The notes under the pieces are model-generated. The model was not told the origin of the DNA and searched no databases. It saw nothing but the letters and a program-made list of their open reading frames with translations. The position numbers and the translations under genes are program-made. This document shows, piece after piece, positions 18,981-26,812 of a stretch of DNA of 29,198 nucleotides. Source of the DNA: Halalkalibacterium halodurans (GTDB lineage Bacteria > Bacillota > Bacilli > Bacillales > Bacillaceae_D); NCBI RefSeq assembly GCF_004376175.1, contig NZ_SNUY01000027.1:1-29198 (forward strand). The letters run 5' to 3'. Numbering within the stretch: position 1 is the stretch's first letter; each line of letters begins with the position of its first letter.

Positions 18981-19014
18981 AGCCTGCCTTTTGCATGCAA
19001 AAGGCGGGCTTTTG
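18981..19014 (+). terminator. Terminator of purU
   Basis: 13-bp stem AGCCTGCCTTTTG/CAAAAGGCGGGCT followed by TTTG. Confidence 0.7.
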
Positions 19015-19050
19015 TCATGGAAGTGGACATCCCTTCTCCGTTACAGAGGT

Positions 19051-19088
19051 AAAAAAAACGATCCTGCGTTATCCACGGATCGTTTTTT
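19051..19088. terminator. Bidirectional terminator overlapping the stop codon of the HicB-like gene
   Basis: ACGATCC/GGATCGT stem flanked by A8 and T5. Confidence 0.6.
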
Positions 19089-19404
19089 CAGCAAATACAC
19101 GTAATTCATCATTTATCCAATCAAATTCTTCAATCGACATAGGTGGCTCCAAATAAATGATTTGCGCCCCATCTTCGACTTCTGGTAACGCCCTTTCTCC
19201 GTGCTTTCGGACCCAACCACCAAGTGCTTCCGTCAGTCCTTTTTTCGCTTCACGGATCGTGGAACCATAGCTAAGACAGCCCTCAAGTTCTTCTAGCTCG
19301 ATCGTATACCCTTGGCTACCAGACCAATCAAAAGGGCGGGAAATTCTCCATGAAAACGCATCAGGTCCTAATCCACCCAAAGGTGTTAAACGAGTGTCGG
19401 CCAT
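19069..19404 (-). CDS. HicB-like (UPF0150 / RNase H-like fold) antitoxin-domain protein, with no DNA-binding tail recognised
   Basis: 111 aa. GYTIELEELEGCLSYGSTIREAKKGLTEALGGWV matches the HicB N-domain pattern (..PDLPGC.s.GdT.EEA..na.EAl..wl). GAGGGGA SD 5 nt upstream. Confidence 0.55.
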   Translation of the reverse strand: MADTRLTPLGGLGPDAFSWRISRPFDWSGSQGYTIELEELEGCLSYGSTIREAKKGLTEALGGWVRKHGERALPEVEDGAQIIYLEPPMSIEEFDWINDELRVFAEKTIRG

Positions 19405-19456
19405 TCATATCCCCTCAGTTGTTCTCTCATTGTTTTTCTACTATACAGCCTTACCC

Positions 19457-19485
19457 ATTATACTGATTTTCCTGTGCTATTTCAA
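19457..19485 (-). promoter_or_regulatory. Near-consensus sigma-A promoter for the HicB-like gene, embedded in the last codons of the upstream ORF
   Basis: Minus strand TTGAAA (19485-19480), 17 nt spacer, TATAAT (19462-19457). Confidence 0.6.
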
Positions 19486-20442
19486 TGGCTCCTCATCGAT
19501 AAGAATCTCTTCATCTGGCTCTCTAGGAATCGCAACCGTCTGGCAGTGAGCCAGTAGAGCTTCTGCCGCCATGACTTGATTTTTTTTCAATGGGGACGAA
19601 TGACGCTTTAGCTTCTCCATCCATGAGGCAATCCGGCGTTTATCGATATACTCAACCGAATGGCCTTGGGCTTGAAGGTCAAAAAATCCATCAGTAGCCA
19701 GTACGACCTTTTTGACCGGTAGAGTGCTCCCCGCTTTTTTTAGTATGGGACCAACCAAACTAGTCGTTCGATTCAAGGTGATGAGAGGACTTAGTCTTTT
19801 TTTCTGCTTTTTCTCGATATACTCGAGCCAAAAGCGTTCAGAGCTTACGGAAAATACGCTATTTTTCGTCCCTTCTAGCAACGTAATACAATATACTTCA
19901 GTCGGACTTAACAGTACGATATCAAGTTGGATCGGCGCATTTTTAATAAAAAAAACAGGCTTGTACATGAGGAGATAATTGTCCGGAATTTGCGTTACGA
20001 ACGTTCGTAGCCATTCGTCCCATTTGTATTTTGGATGCATGCGTGATTCTTCAAGTAAAGAGGTGCTAGCCCAGCGCAATTGGGAATGAAATGTTTCCTC
20101 CAAAAATTGCTGCTTCAATGCTTCGAGAGTAGCTGGAAATGAAGGGAGTTGCTTCTCTTCTTCATCCAAGTCCTCCTCAAGCAGTTCCGCCTCTTTCGTA
20201 TACATTTTTCGCTTCATTTTTTGAAACAGTTGGACAAACTTATTCGGTTCCGTTGCGAACCAGTCAGTATCCTCGTCATCTAGCTCGTCGTTCGGTTCAC
20301 TTTCTACGAGCTGACGCTGTCTCCACTCATTTTCTAGGTAGTACCATTTTTCGCGCTTTAACCGGGTAAACTGACTCGTATATCGCTTCAAATCATACTC
20401 ATACCGAGATGCGTATTCATCTAGTTTGATAAGCTGAGCCAC
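19477..20442 (-). CDS. Hypothetical protein at the YtlQ position, possibly with a degenerate NERD / PD-(D/E)xK-like core
   Basis: 321 aa. GTG start 6 nt after GGAGG. Acidic N-terminal half. IQLDIVLLSPTEVYCITLLEGTKN resembles the NERD D...E.K strand pattern, with E-x-x-K spacing. Weak recognition only. Confidence 0.4.
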   Translation of the reverse strand: MAQLIKLDEYASRYEYDLKRYTSQFTRLKREKWYYLENEWRQRQLVESEPNDELDDEDTDWFATEPNKFVQLFQKMKRKMYTKEAELLEEDLDEEEKQLPSFPATLEALKQQFLEETFHSQLRWASTSLLEESRMHPKYKWDEWLRTFVTQIPDNYLLMYKPVFFIKNAPIQLDIVLLSPTEVYCITLLEGTKNSVFSVSSERFWLEYIEKKQKKRLSPLITLNRTTSLVGPILKKAGSTLPVKKVVLATDGFFDLQAQGHSVEYIDKRRIASWMEKLKRHSSPLKKNQVMAAEALLAHCQTVAIPREPDEEILIDEEPLK

Positions 20443-20472
20443 CAGCCCACCTCCACTCTGGTTACGAATTTT

Positions 20473-21156
20473 TTAGTTTGCTAGCAGTATTTGAAGTAAC
20501 GGTAGTAAGCCTGCTACTAGCATGGCACTTATACTCATCGCCAACGTGCTAGCGGCTCCTTCTTGAGGGTGATCTTCCATTGCTTTCGCTGTGCCAATGG
20601 CATGTGAGGCTGTGCCAATGGACACCCCTTTTGCTATATGATGATGAATTCCACTGATCTTTGAGAGAACGGTACATAAAACCGCACCACCAATCCCTGC
20701 TACCATTACAAATAGGGCAGCAATTGGCGGAATGCCACCTAAGGATTGAGCCACTTCCATTGCAACAGGAGTCGTAATCGACTTTGGGGCAACGGAAGCA
20801 ATCAGTTGCTCGTCAAAGCCAAGCAGTTTGGCCATTAGAACCCCCGAGCCAACGCCAACGATAGCACCGATGAAAATCCCAATCGTAATCGGGACAAAAT
20901 ACGATTTTAAGCGTTTGAACTGTTTGTATAACGGGAAAGCTAAAGCAACGACAGCTGGACCTAGTAAATGTTCAATCCATTTCGCACTACTGTAATACGT
21001 TTTATACGAAATATCGGTCAAAAGTAATAACGCAATGATGCATCCCGTCGCTACTAATATCGGCAATGTCAACGGGTTGTTTACTTTTTTGTGTAACTTC
21101 ACGGTAAGAAAATAAATAATCACGGTAACAATGATTCCAAAACTAGAGGTGATCAT
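20473..21156 (-). CDS. lrgB: LrgB/CidB-family membrane protein
   Basis: About 227 aa, polytopic. LGPAVVALAFPLY and PKSITTPVAMEV motifs. ATG 21156 after AAAGGGGA overlaps the lrgA stop by 14 nt. Confidence 0.85.
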   Translation of the reverse strand: MITSSFGIIVTVIIYFLTVKLHKKVNNPLTLPILVATGCIIALLLLTDISYKTYYSSAKWIEHLLGPAVVALAFPLYKQFKRLKSYFVPITIGIFIGAIVGVGSGVLMAKLLGFDEQLIASVAPKSITTPVAMEVAQSLGGIPPIAALFVMVAGIGGAVLCTVLSKISGIHHHIAKGVSIGTASHAIGTAKAMEDHPQEGAASTLAMSISAMLVAGLLPLLQILLAN

Positions 21157-21526
21157 GTTTATCGATCCCCTTTGTCTTCCATACAATGAGCCATTGTGTT
21201 ATCCAACCGGATATGATAAAAACAAGAATCGTGCTCACAAATGCGATGATAAGTAGCCAAAATCCGCTTCCATGGAACATGTGCCAGTATTCCATAATCC
21301 CTACCGTTACTGGAAGAAACAGCATCGGCATCAAGAGCAACAGTTGCATGCTCCCTTGCTCGATCCACTTTGGAGAAATCGCCTTAATGGCTAAGGCGAT
21401 AAGAAGTAAAACCATCCCGATTATGCTCCCTGGAACGATCAGTTCAAAGGATTTCTGAATCCATGAGCCAACAAGATAAAAGCCATAAAGTATTCCTACT
21501 TGAAGTAGGATGTGTACCACCCTCAT
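21143..21526 (-). CDS. lrgA: LrgA/CidA-family holin-like membrane protein
   Basis: 127 aa, four hydrophobic segments, typical ...PGSIIGMVLLL... motif. Starts 4 nt after the thpR stop. Confidence 0.85.
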   Translation of the reverse strand: MRVVHILLQVGILYGFYLVGSWIQKSFELIVPGSIIGMVLLLIALAIKAISPKWIEQGSMQLLLLMPMLFLPVTVGIMEYWHMFHGSGFWLLIIAFVSTILVFIISGWITQWLIVWKTKGIDKHDHL

Positions 21527-21530
21527 CTGC

Positions 21531-22091
21531 TCATTGCCCCCTTAATGGAAAGCTCTCGATGATTTCATACGAAGGGGTTTTTCCTATGTGGGAGCGATAG
21601 AGGTGAAAAGATGTCACATGAAGCAGACGAGCAGGTGGTTGAGACACCTCGCTTGCTACTTCTTTAAAGCTTCCCTTACCTATCCACTTTTTCGCCAGCG
21701 TTACATGGGGGCGATATGGGCGCCGCTCTACCGAAATTTCTTCCTGCTGACAGCACGTTTTGACCGCCTGCTGGAAGGCAGACAGCTCAGCCGAATCACG
21801 CACCCCCGCCCAAAAAATTCTAGGTCTCTCCTCTTGACCAAACGTCGAAAGACCTTCGAGCTGAATCGGGAACGAAGTAATATGTTCACCAAGCTTTTGG
21901 CAAGCAGTGACAAGGCGTTCGAGACGATCATGAGGCTGAGCGCCAAGAAACACGAGTGTAATATGGTAATCTTCAAGGTGAGTCCACTTTTTAAACGGAA
22001 GGCTTTGCTTGTGCCTCTGTACAAACGTATCCAATTGTTTCTTTATTTCGTCTGGCAATGAAATCGCTAGAAAATAGTGCGTGTGAGTCAT
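21531..22091 (-). CDS. thpR: RNA 2',3'-cyclic phosphodiesterase / 2'-5' RNA ligase family (2H phosphoesterase)
   Basis: Two H-x-T-L motifs (YHITLVFLG and PHVTLAK). 186 aa. Confidence 0.85.
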   Translation of the reverse strand: MTHTHYFLAISLPDEIKKQLDTFVQRHKQSLPFKKWTHLEDYHITLVFLGAQPHDRLERLVTACQKLGEHITSFPIQLEGLSTFGQEERPRIFWAGVRDSAELSAFQQAVKTCCQQEEISVERRPYRPHVTLAKKWIGKGSFKEVASEVSQPPARLLHVTSFHLYRSHIGKTPSYEIIESFPLRGQ

Positions 22092-22170
22092 AACATCACC
22101 TGTTGTCTACTTAAGATTCATGACTTATTATACCACTTTCCCATCAAAAAAGGGGGCGTTTTGTTTCAAC

Positions 22171-22194
22171 TATTCCTATCCAATCAGTGGGAAT
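22171..22194. promoter_or_regulatory. Inverted repeat TATTCC-N12-GGAATA in the cysteine synthase leader, a possible CymR-type operator
   Basis: The reverse complement reads TTATTCCCACTGATTGGATAGGAATAG. This partly fits the B. subtilis CymR consensus as I recall it (TAAWNCNNANTWNANNNATMGGAATTW). Confidence 0.3.
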
Positions 22195-22251
22195 AACCGA
22201 TTCGTCTATGATACACTTAGGAAAGAAAAAGGTGTAAGAAGGAAGGGACAC

Positions 22252-23193
22252 AACATGAAGATCGTAAATAATATTGCCGAGCTCATCGGTGACACACCTT
22301 TGGTTCGGCTTAATCGCTTGCCGAACCCAAAGGGAGCTGCCGTTTATTTGAAAATGGAGATGTTTAACCCAAGTGGGAGCGTAAAAGATCGAGCAGCCTA
22401 TCAAATGATTGTCCAAGCGGAAAAGGACGGCTATCTTAAGCCAGGTTCCACGATCATTGAACCAACAAGTGGAAACACAGGCATTGGTCTTGCAATGAAT
22501 GCTGCGGCGAGAGGCTATCGGGCCATTCTTACCATGCCTGATACAATGTCAGAGGAGCGAATCAACCTATTAAAGGCCTACGGGGCAGAGGTTGTACTGA
22601 CCGAAGGAGAAAAGAAAATGCCGGGGGCTATCGAAAAAGCCCATGAATTAGTAAGAGAAATCCCGAATAGTTTTATGCCGATGCAATTTGAGAATTCGGC
22701 AAACCCTGATGCTCACCGTTTCACGACCGCTGTGGAAATCAAGAAAGCCCTTGATTCCATCGGTAAAAAGTTAAGCGCCTTTGTTGCTGCCTCTGGTACG
22801 GGTGGTACGATTACGGGAACAGGAGAAGAGTTGAAAAAGTTTTATCCAAACGTAGAGATCCATGTCGTTGAGCCGTTCGGATCCCCCGTTCTCTCAGGAG
22901 GAAAGCCAGGTCCACATAAACTAGTTGGGACCAGCCCCGGCTTTGTACCTCCGATTTTAAACCAAGACGTTTATGATGTGATTGATAAAATCAAGGATGA
23001 AGATGCATATGAAGCTGCGCGAAATCTTGCTCGCCTGGAAGGAATCTTAGTCGGTCCTTCATCAGGTGCGGCTTGCTATGCGGCGATGAAGGTGGCCGCG
23101 CGCTTAGCTCCAGATGAAGTCGTTGTCTGTATCGCGTGTGATACTGGGGAACGTTATTTATCTACCGACCTGTTTGATTTTGAAAGTCAATAA
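22252..23193 (+). CDS. cysK: Cysteine synthase / O-acetylserine sulfhydrylase family (PLP-dependent)
   Basis: PLP lysine motif PSGSVKDR and GTGGTITG loop. ATG 22252 after GGAAGGGA. The upstream part of the track ORF is leader. By position it may be the YtkP paralogue. Confidence 0.85.
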   Translation, partial: NMKIVNNIAELIGDTPLVRLNRLPNPKGAAVYLKMEMFNPSGSVKDRAAYQMIVQAEKDGYLKPGSTIIEPTSGNTGIGLAMNAAARGYRAILTMPDTMSEERINLLKAYGAEVVLTEGEKKMPGAIEKAHELVREIPNSFMPMQFENSANPDAHRFTTAVEIKKALDSIGKKLSAFVAASGTGGTITGTGEELKKFYPNVEIHVVEPFGSPVLSGGKPGPHKLVGTSPGFVPPILNQDVYDVIDKIKDEDAYEAARNLARLEGILVGPSSGAACYAAMKVAARLAPDEVVVCIACDTGERYLSTDLFDFESQ

Positions 23194-23236
23194 AGACAGG
23201 AGATATAGGCACAGTTGCCCTTGTCTCCTCGATTCG

Positions 23237-23262
23237 CTCGCCAGTTGGCGAGTTTTTATTTT
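23237..23262 (+). terminator. Terminator of the cysteine synthase gene
   Basis: CTCGCC agtt GGCGAG followed by TTTTTATTTT. Confidence 0.65.
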
Positions 23263-23428
23263 GTATAACCGGTCCTTAGACTTTCACTTTAAGACGGCGA
23301 CTTTGTGGGGAACTGCGAACCAAAGCCATTACGCCCTCGGGTACGTCTATGTGACCTACAGCGTGCCCGCTTAGGCTAACTTCCTGTGACGATGAAAGAA
23401 GAAAATCCCCGTTGAATGAAGTTTCACA

Positions 23429-24826
23429 TTATTGACTTGCCAATTCATAGATCGCTTCAGCATATAAAGCCGTCGCCCGTAGCAATTGATCGATGCTGAT
23501 TGATTCATCTTTTTGATGGGCCGTATCTTCCTCGCCTGGAAATAGTGGTCCAAATGCGACACCCGTTTTTAATGCGCGCGCATACGTCCCGCCTCCAATG
23601 GCCAATAATGTCGCTTCTTCTCCCGTTTGTCGCTTATAGACAGTCTGCAATGTTCGAATCAATGGGTGATCCTTCTCCACATAGCTAGGCTTCAGATGGT
23701 TCATGATCCTATGATTATGCGCTTGTAATCCAGCCAAAAAAGTCTCGACATCCACTGTTACCGGATAGCGTATGTTCACGCCGATCGTCCCTGTTTCCCC
23801 ATATGTATAGGCGAATCTACCCGCGTTTATCGTGAGCGGGCCGGAAACGTCATCAGAACAAGCGATGGACAGGCCGGCGCCGTTCGTCTCCCTTAGATGT
23901 TCGCTAATAAACTGAATAAACGGATCGGATAATCCATCCACGTGATGAAGAAATTGGGCGAGCTTTACGGCTGCGTTAATCCCTTTCTCAGGTGTGGAGC
24001 CATGAGCTGACTTTCCTTCTAAAGTTAGCATAAGCAATCCATTCTCAGCTTTCGCCTTTCCCTCTAATTGATGTTCCTCTATAAAATGATCGAAGCTCGC
24101 CTTGATCGCTTCTGTCGATTCATGTGAGCAGATGAGCGAAGCAATCGCTCGATCCGGTACCATATTTAGCCGCTCTCCTGCATAAAATGTTTGCAAGCGA
24201 ACCGGATGCTCACTCGTATCATGGAAGGGGATCGAGACTTCGACATCGAGAACCCCTTTTTCTGCAACGATAATCGGAAAATCAGCATCTGGGACAATCC
24301 CTACTGTTGGCATTTCTTCATGACGAAAATAAAAATCGACACACTCCCAATTCCGTTCTTCGTCAGTGCCGATGATTAAACGAACACGGCGCTTGATCGA
24401 TAAATTCAGCTCATGGATGATCCGCATCGCAAAAAAAGCGGCAATCGTCGGACCTTTATCGTCAAGAGCGCCTCTTGCCACGATTCGATCATTTTGAATC
24501 TCCGCCGCAAAAGGAGGTGACGACCACCCTTCTCCCGGAGGAACGACGTCAATGTGACAAAGAATCCCAACCGATTCTTCACCTTGTCCCATTTCGATGT
24601 AACCTGCATAGCCTTCAAGATTTTTCACAGAAAAGTTTGCCTTTTTACCTAAGTTTAATAAATGTAACAAAGCTGCCTCAATTTTTGTCCCAAATGGAGC
24701 TCCAGCTTTTCTCGTTTTTTCGTCATAAACGCTGTCATATTGCAAAAATTCGCGCAGTTCATAAACAATCTCATCACGCCTATTTTTCACTTCTTTCAGC
24801 CAATTAATTTCCATTTTATCACTCAT
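23429..24826 (-). CDS. pepV: M20-family dipeptidase PepV
   Basis: 465 aa. HIDVVP, RGALDDKGP and GTDEE motifs. Start uncertain between ATG 24826 and ATG 24814; both have weak SDs. Confidence 0.85.
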   Translation of the reverse strand: MSDKMEINWLKEVKNRRDEIVYELREFLQYDSVYDEKTRKAGAPFGTKIEAALLHLLNLGKKANFSVKNLEGYAGYIEMGQGEESVGILCHIDVVPPGEGWSSPPFAAEIQNDRIVARGALDDKGPTIAAFFAMRIIHELNLSIKRRVRLIIGTDEERNWECVDFYFRHEEMPTVGIVPDADFPIIVAEKGVLDVEVSIPFHDTSEHPVRLQTFYAGERLNMVPDRAIASLICSHESTEAIKASFDHFIEEHQLEGKAKAENGLLMLTLEGKSAHGSTPEKGINAAVKLAQFLHHVDGLSDPFIQFISEHLRETNGAGLSIACSDDVSGPLTINAGRFAYTYGETGTIGVNIRYPVTVDVETFLAGLQAHNHRIMNHLKPSYVEKDHPLIRTLQTVYKRQTGEEATLLAIGGGTYARALKTGVAFGPLFPGEEDTAHQKDESISIDQLLRATALYAEAIYELASQ

Positions 24827-25108
24827 TTCTCTTTCTTTTCTCTTGACAAAACGTTTCGATGCTTTGCGTATTTCTTTGAATTATTGTACAATGGTACTAC
24901 ATAGGGTTTTAATGAAGTATGCCGATGTAGACAAAACCACATGGACACATTGAATATCCGCTATACACTCTTATGTTCACACAACAGTTGCCTAGGTTAT
25001 TCATTTCAATGACCGCCATGGCATCTCTAAACCCTACATATGGTATGTCATTGTCATTCGACAATGAATGAACCATAGGACATTCACATATGTATAAGGA
25101 GTGGTTTT

Positions 25109-25327
25109 TTGAAAGCTTCAACTGATCGTATGTTGACTCGGATCAAGTCCATCTATTTGTACATTCACCAAAGGGGGACCGTCACGACGAATGAATTAGT
25201 TGAAGAATTTGGCATCACCCAACGAACGATTCAGCGAGACTTAAATGTACTAGAGTATAATGACTTGGTGGAAAGTCCTTCTCGAGGAAAGTGGACAACA
25301 ACGAATAAAAAAATCAGAGTTTCTTAA
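25109..25327 (+). CDS. ytzE: Small DeoR-type HTH-only regulator (YtzE-like)
   Basis: 72 aa. TTNELVEEFGITQRTIQRDLNVLE is a DeoR HTH. TTG start 6 nt after AGGAG. Confidence 0.65.
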   Translation: MKASTDRMLTRIKSIYLYIHQRGTVTTNELVEEFGITQRTIQRDLNVLEYNDLVESPSRGKWTTTNKKIRVS

Positions 25328-25339
25328 ATGATAAACGAA

Positions 25340-25394
25340 CGTTTTCAAAAGACGGAGCCATGAGGCATCGTCTTTTTATTGGTTTTTGAAAACG
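25340..25394. terminator. Composite bidirectional terminator between ytzE and the pseudouridine synthase gene
   Basis: Inner stem AAAGACG/CGTCTTT with T-tracts in both directions, nested inside 11-bp outer arms CGTTTTCAAAA/TTTTGAAAACG. Confidence 0.65.
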
Positions 25395-25420
25395 CTTAAT
25401 ATCGATACCCCACTCCTCCT

Positions 25421-26137
25421 TTATTCATTTTTCTCCAACAAGAGAGCAATCTCCTCCTTTGTCAATTCACGGTACTCGCCTCGGGCAAGCTCAGGATCTA
25501 AAAGGAGGTTTCCGATCTTTATCCGTTCCAACTCGAGTACCCGCTTGCCGACGGCTTGAAACATCCGCTTCACTTGGTGAAACTTCCCTTCCGTCAGAAT
25601 GAGTTCAATGTGAGACCGAGCCCCAGCCTCTAAAATGTGAAGGGTCGCCGGTTTTGTCACATAGCCATCGCCTAACACTACCCCGTGCGAAAAAGCCCCC
25701 ACATCTTCCTCTGTCACGTGTCCCTCCACAAGCGCTCGATACGTTTTCGGCACATGGTGCTTTGGTGACATGAGCCAGTGGTTGAATTTCCCGTCATTTG
25801 TAATGAGTAGCAACCCGACCGTATCTTTATCTAATCGGCCAACTGGAGATGGTTCATAATGACGCTCTTCTTCTCCTAGCAAGTCAATGACGGTTTCGTG
25901 TTCCAGATCTTCCGTCGCACATATGACCCCTTTAGGCTTGTTCATCATTAAGTATACATACGGTTTGTACTCTACTTCCTCTCCATATACGGTAATGCTC
26001 TCGGATTCTGGTTCCACATGGGTGGAAGGGTCTTTAATCGGCTGTCCTTGCACGCGCACAGCCCCTGTTTTCAACAGCTTTTTTACGTCTTTTCTTGAGC
26101 CGAACCCCATATTCGCTAGTAACTTATCGATTCTCAT
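25421..26137 (-). CDS. RsuA/RluB-family pseudouridine synthase with N-terminal S4 domain
   Basis: RIDKLLANMGFGSRKDVKKLL..G.V.V.G (S4 domain) and the catalytic GRLDKDTVGLLL motif. AAAGGAG SD. By position it corresponds to B. subtilis ytzG. Confidence 0.85.
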   Translation of the reverse strand: MRIDKLLANMGFGSRKDVKKLLKTGAVRVQGQPIKDPSTHVEPESESITVYGEEVEYKPYVYLMMNKPKGVICATEDLEHETVIDLLGEEERHYEPSPVGRLDKDTVGLLLITNDGKFNHWLMSPKHHVPKTYRALVEGHVTEEDVGAFSHGVVLGDGYVTKPATLHILEAGARSHIELILTEGKFHQVKRMFQAVGKRVLELERIKIGNLLLDPELARGEYRELTKEEIALLLEKNE

Positions 26138-26798
26138 CGTCTGACTCCTTTTGTTTCATCGTGCTCTTAGCAAAATCTCCCAAATCATCGTTTACATACG
26201 CTTTAATGACTCCACGGACCGTTTGCTCTAAAATATGGTCATGCCAATCCGCCGGAATTTGTTGCTTCTGCAATTGTTGCCGAAAAGAAGCAATCCAGAC
26301 CAACGTCTCCTTCGTGGCAAGAGTATTGACGCGAAGGACGTCCTTTTCATCCCCTACTGTGATCGTGACTTTTTCATTAAACCAGAGCTTGAGCGTTGGC
26401 TCCTCTTTCTCAACAACGATCAAGGCATGTTCATCCTCAATCATTTGCCGTGCATGACCAACGACCTTACATAGAATGATCGTTCCTGTCGGTATGATAG
26501 AGCGAGCCTCCTTTTTCAAAAGCGCGGTCGCTAAACAATAAAAGCGTGTGTTGGACGAAAAACAGCCTCCATATTGAGCAAAAAACGCTTCATATGCTCC
26601 CTTCGGCAAACAGACAAATACATCTGTTGCTTGTGGGAAAGCTTCTGGCGTCACCGTATGTATCCATGAATACCGATCGACCAATTCCTTTGCAGTTTGG
26701 TCGTTTCGACTATATAGTCCAACTGTTCTCACTTCCCGTGGCTTTAAAAAAGAAACAAGAGCGGCCGTCAGCCGCCCTGATCCAAGAAAGAGAATCAT
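26124..26798 (-). CDS. Hypothetical Rossmann-like protein, distantly ProC/ComER-like (pyrroline-5-carboxylate reductase fold?)
   Basis: 224 aa. N-terminal ILFLGSGRLTAAL (G-x-G-x-x), DVFVCLPKG resembling the ProC 'ILAVKP' strand. GGAGGAG SD. The stop overlaps the next start by 14 nt. Confidence 0.4.
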   Translation of the reverse strand: MILFLGSGRLTAALVSFLKPREVRTVGLYSRNDQTAKELVDRYSWIHTVTPEAFPQATDVFVCLPKGAYEAFFAQYGGCFSSNTRFYCLATALLKKEARSIIPTGTIILCKVVGHARQMIEDEHALIVVEKEEPTLKLWFNEKVTITVGDEKDVLRVNTLATKETLVWIASFRQQLQKQQIPADWHDHILEQTVRGVIKAYVNDDLGDFAKSTMKQKESDDENR

Positions 26799-26812
26799 AG
26801 GCTCTCCTCCAG

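Noticed and set aside
23339-23368. Group II intron domain V-like hairpin just downstream of a terminator (class C intron habit)
   Set aside because: It has no AGC triad, no GNRA loop, no 2-nt bulge geometry, no domain VI and no intron 5' GUGYG. It is too short to be an intron fragment with any confidence.
24909-25121. Cysteine-rich 70-aa minus-strand ORF in the pepV/ytzE spacer
   Set aside because: TTG start with no Shine-Dalgarno. It overlaps the ytzE start and SD and the probable promoters, so it is most likely a chance ORF.
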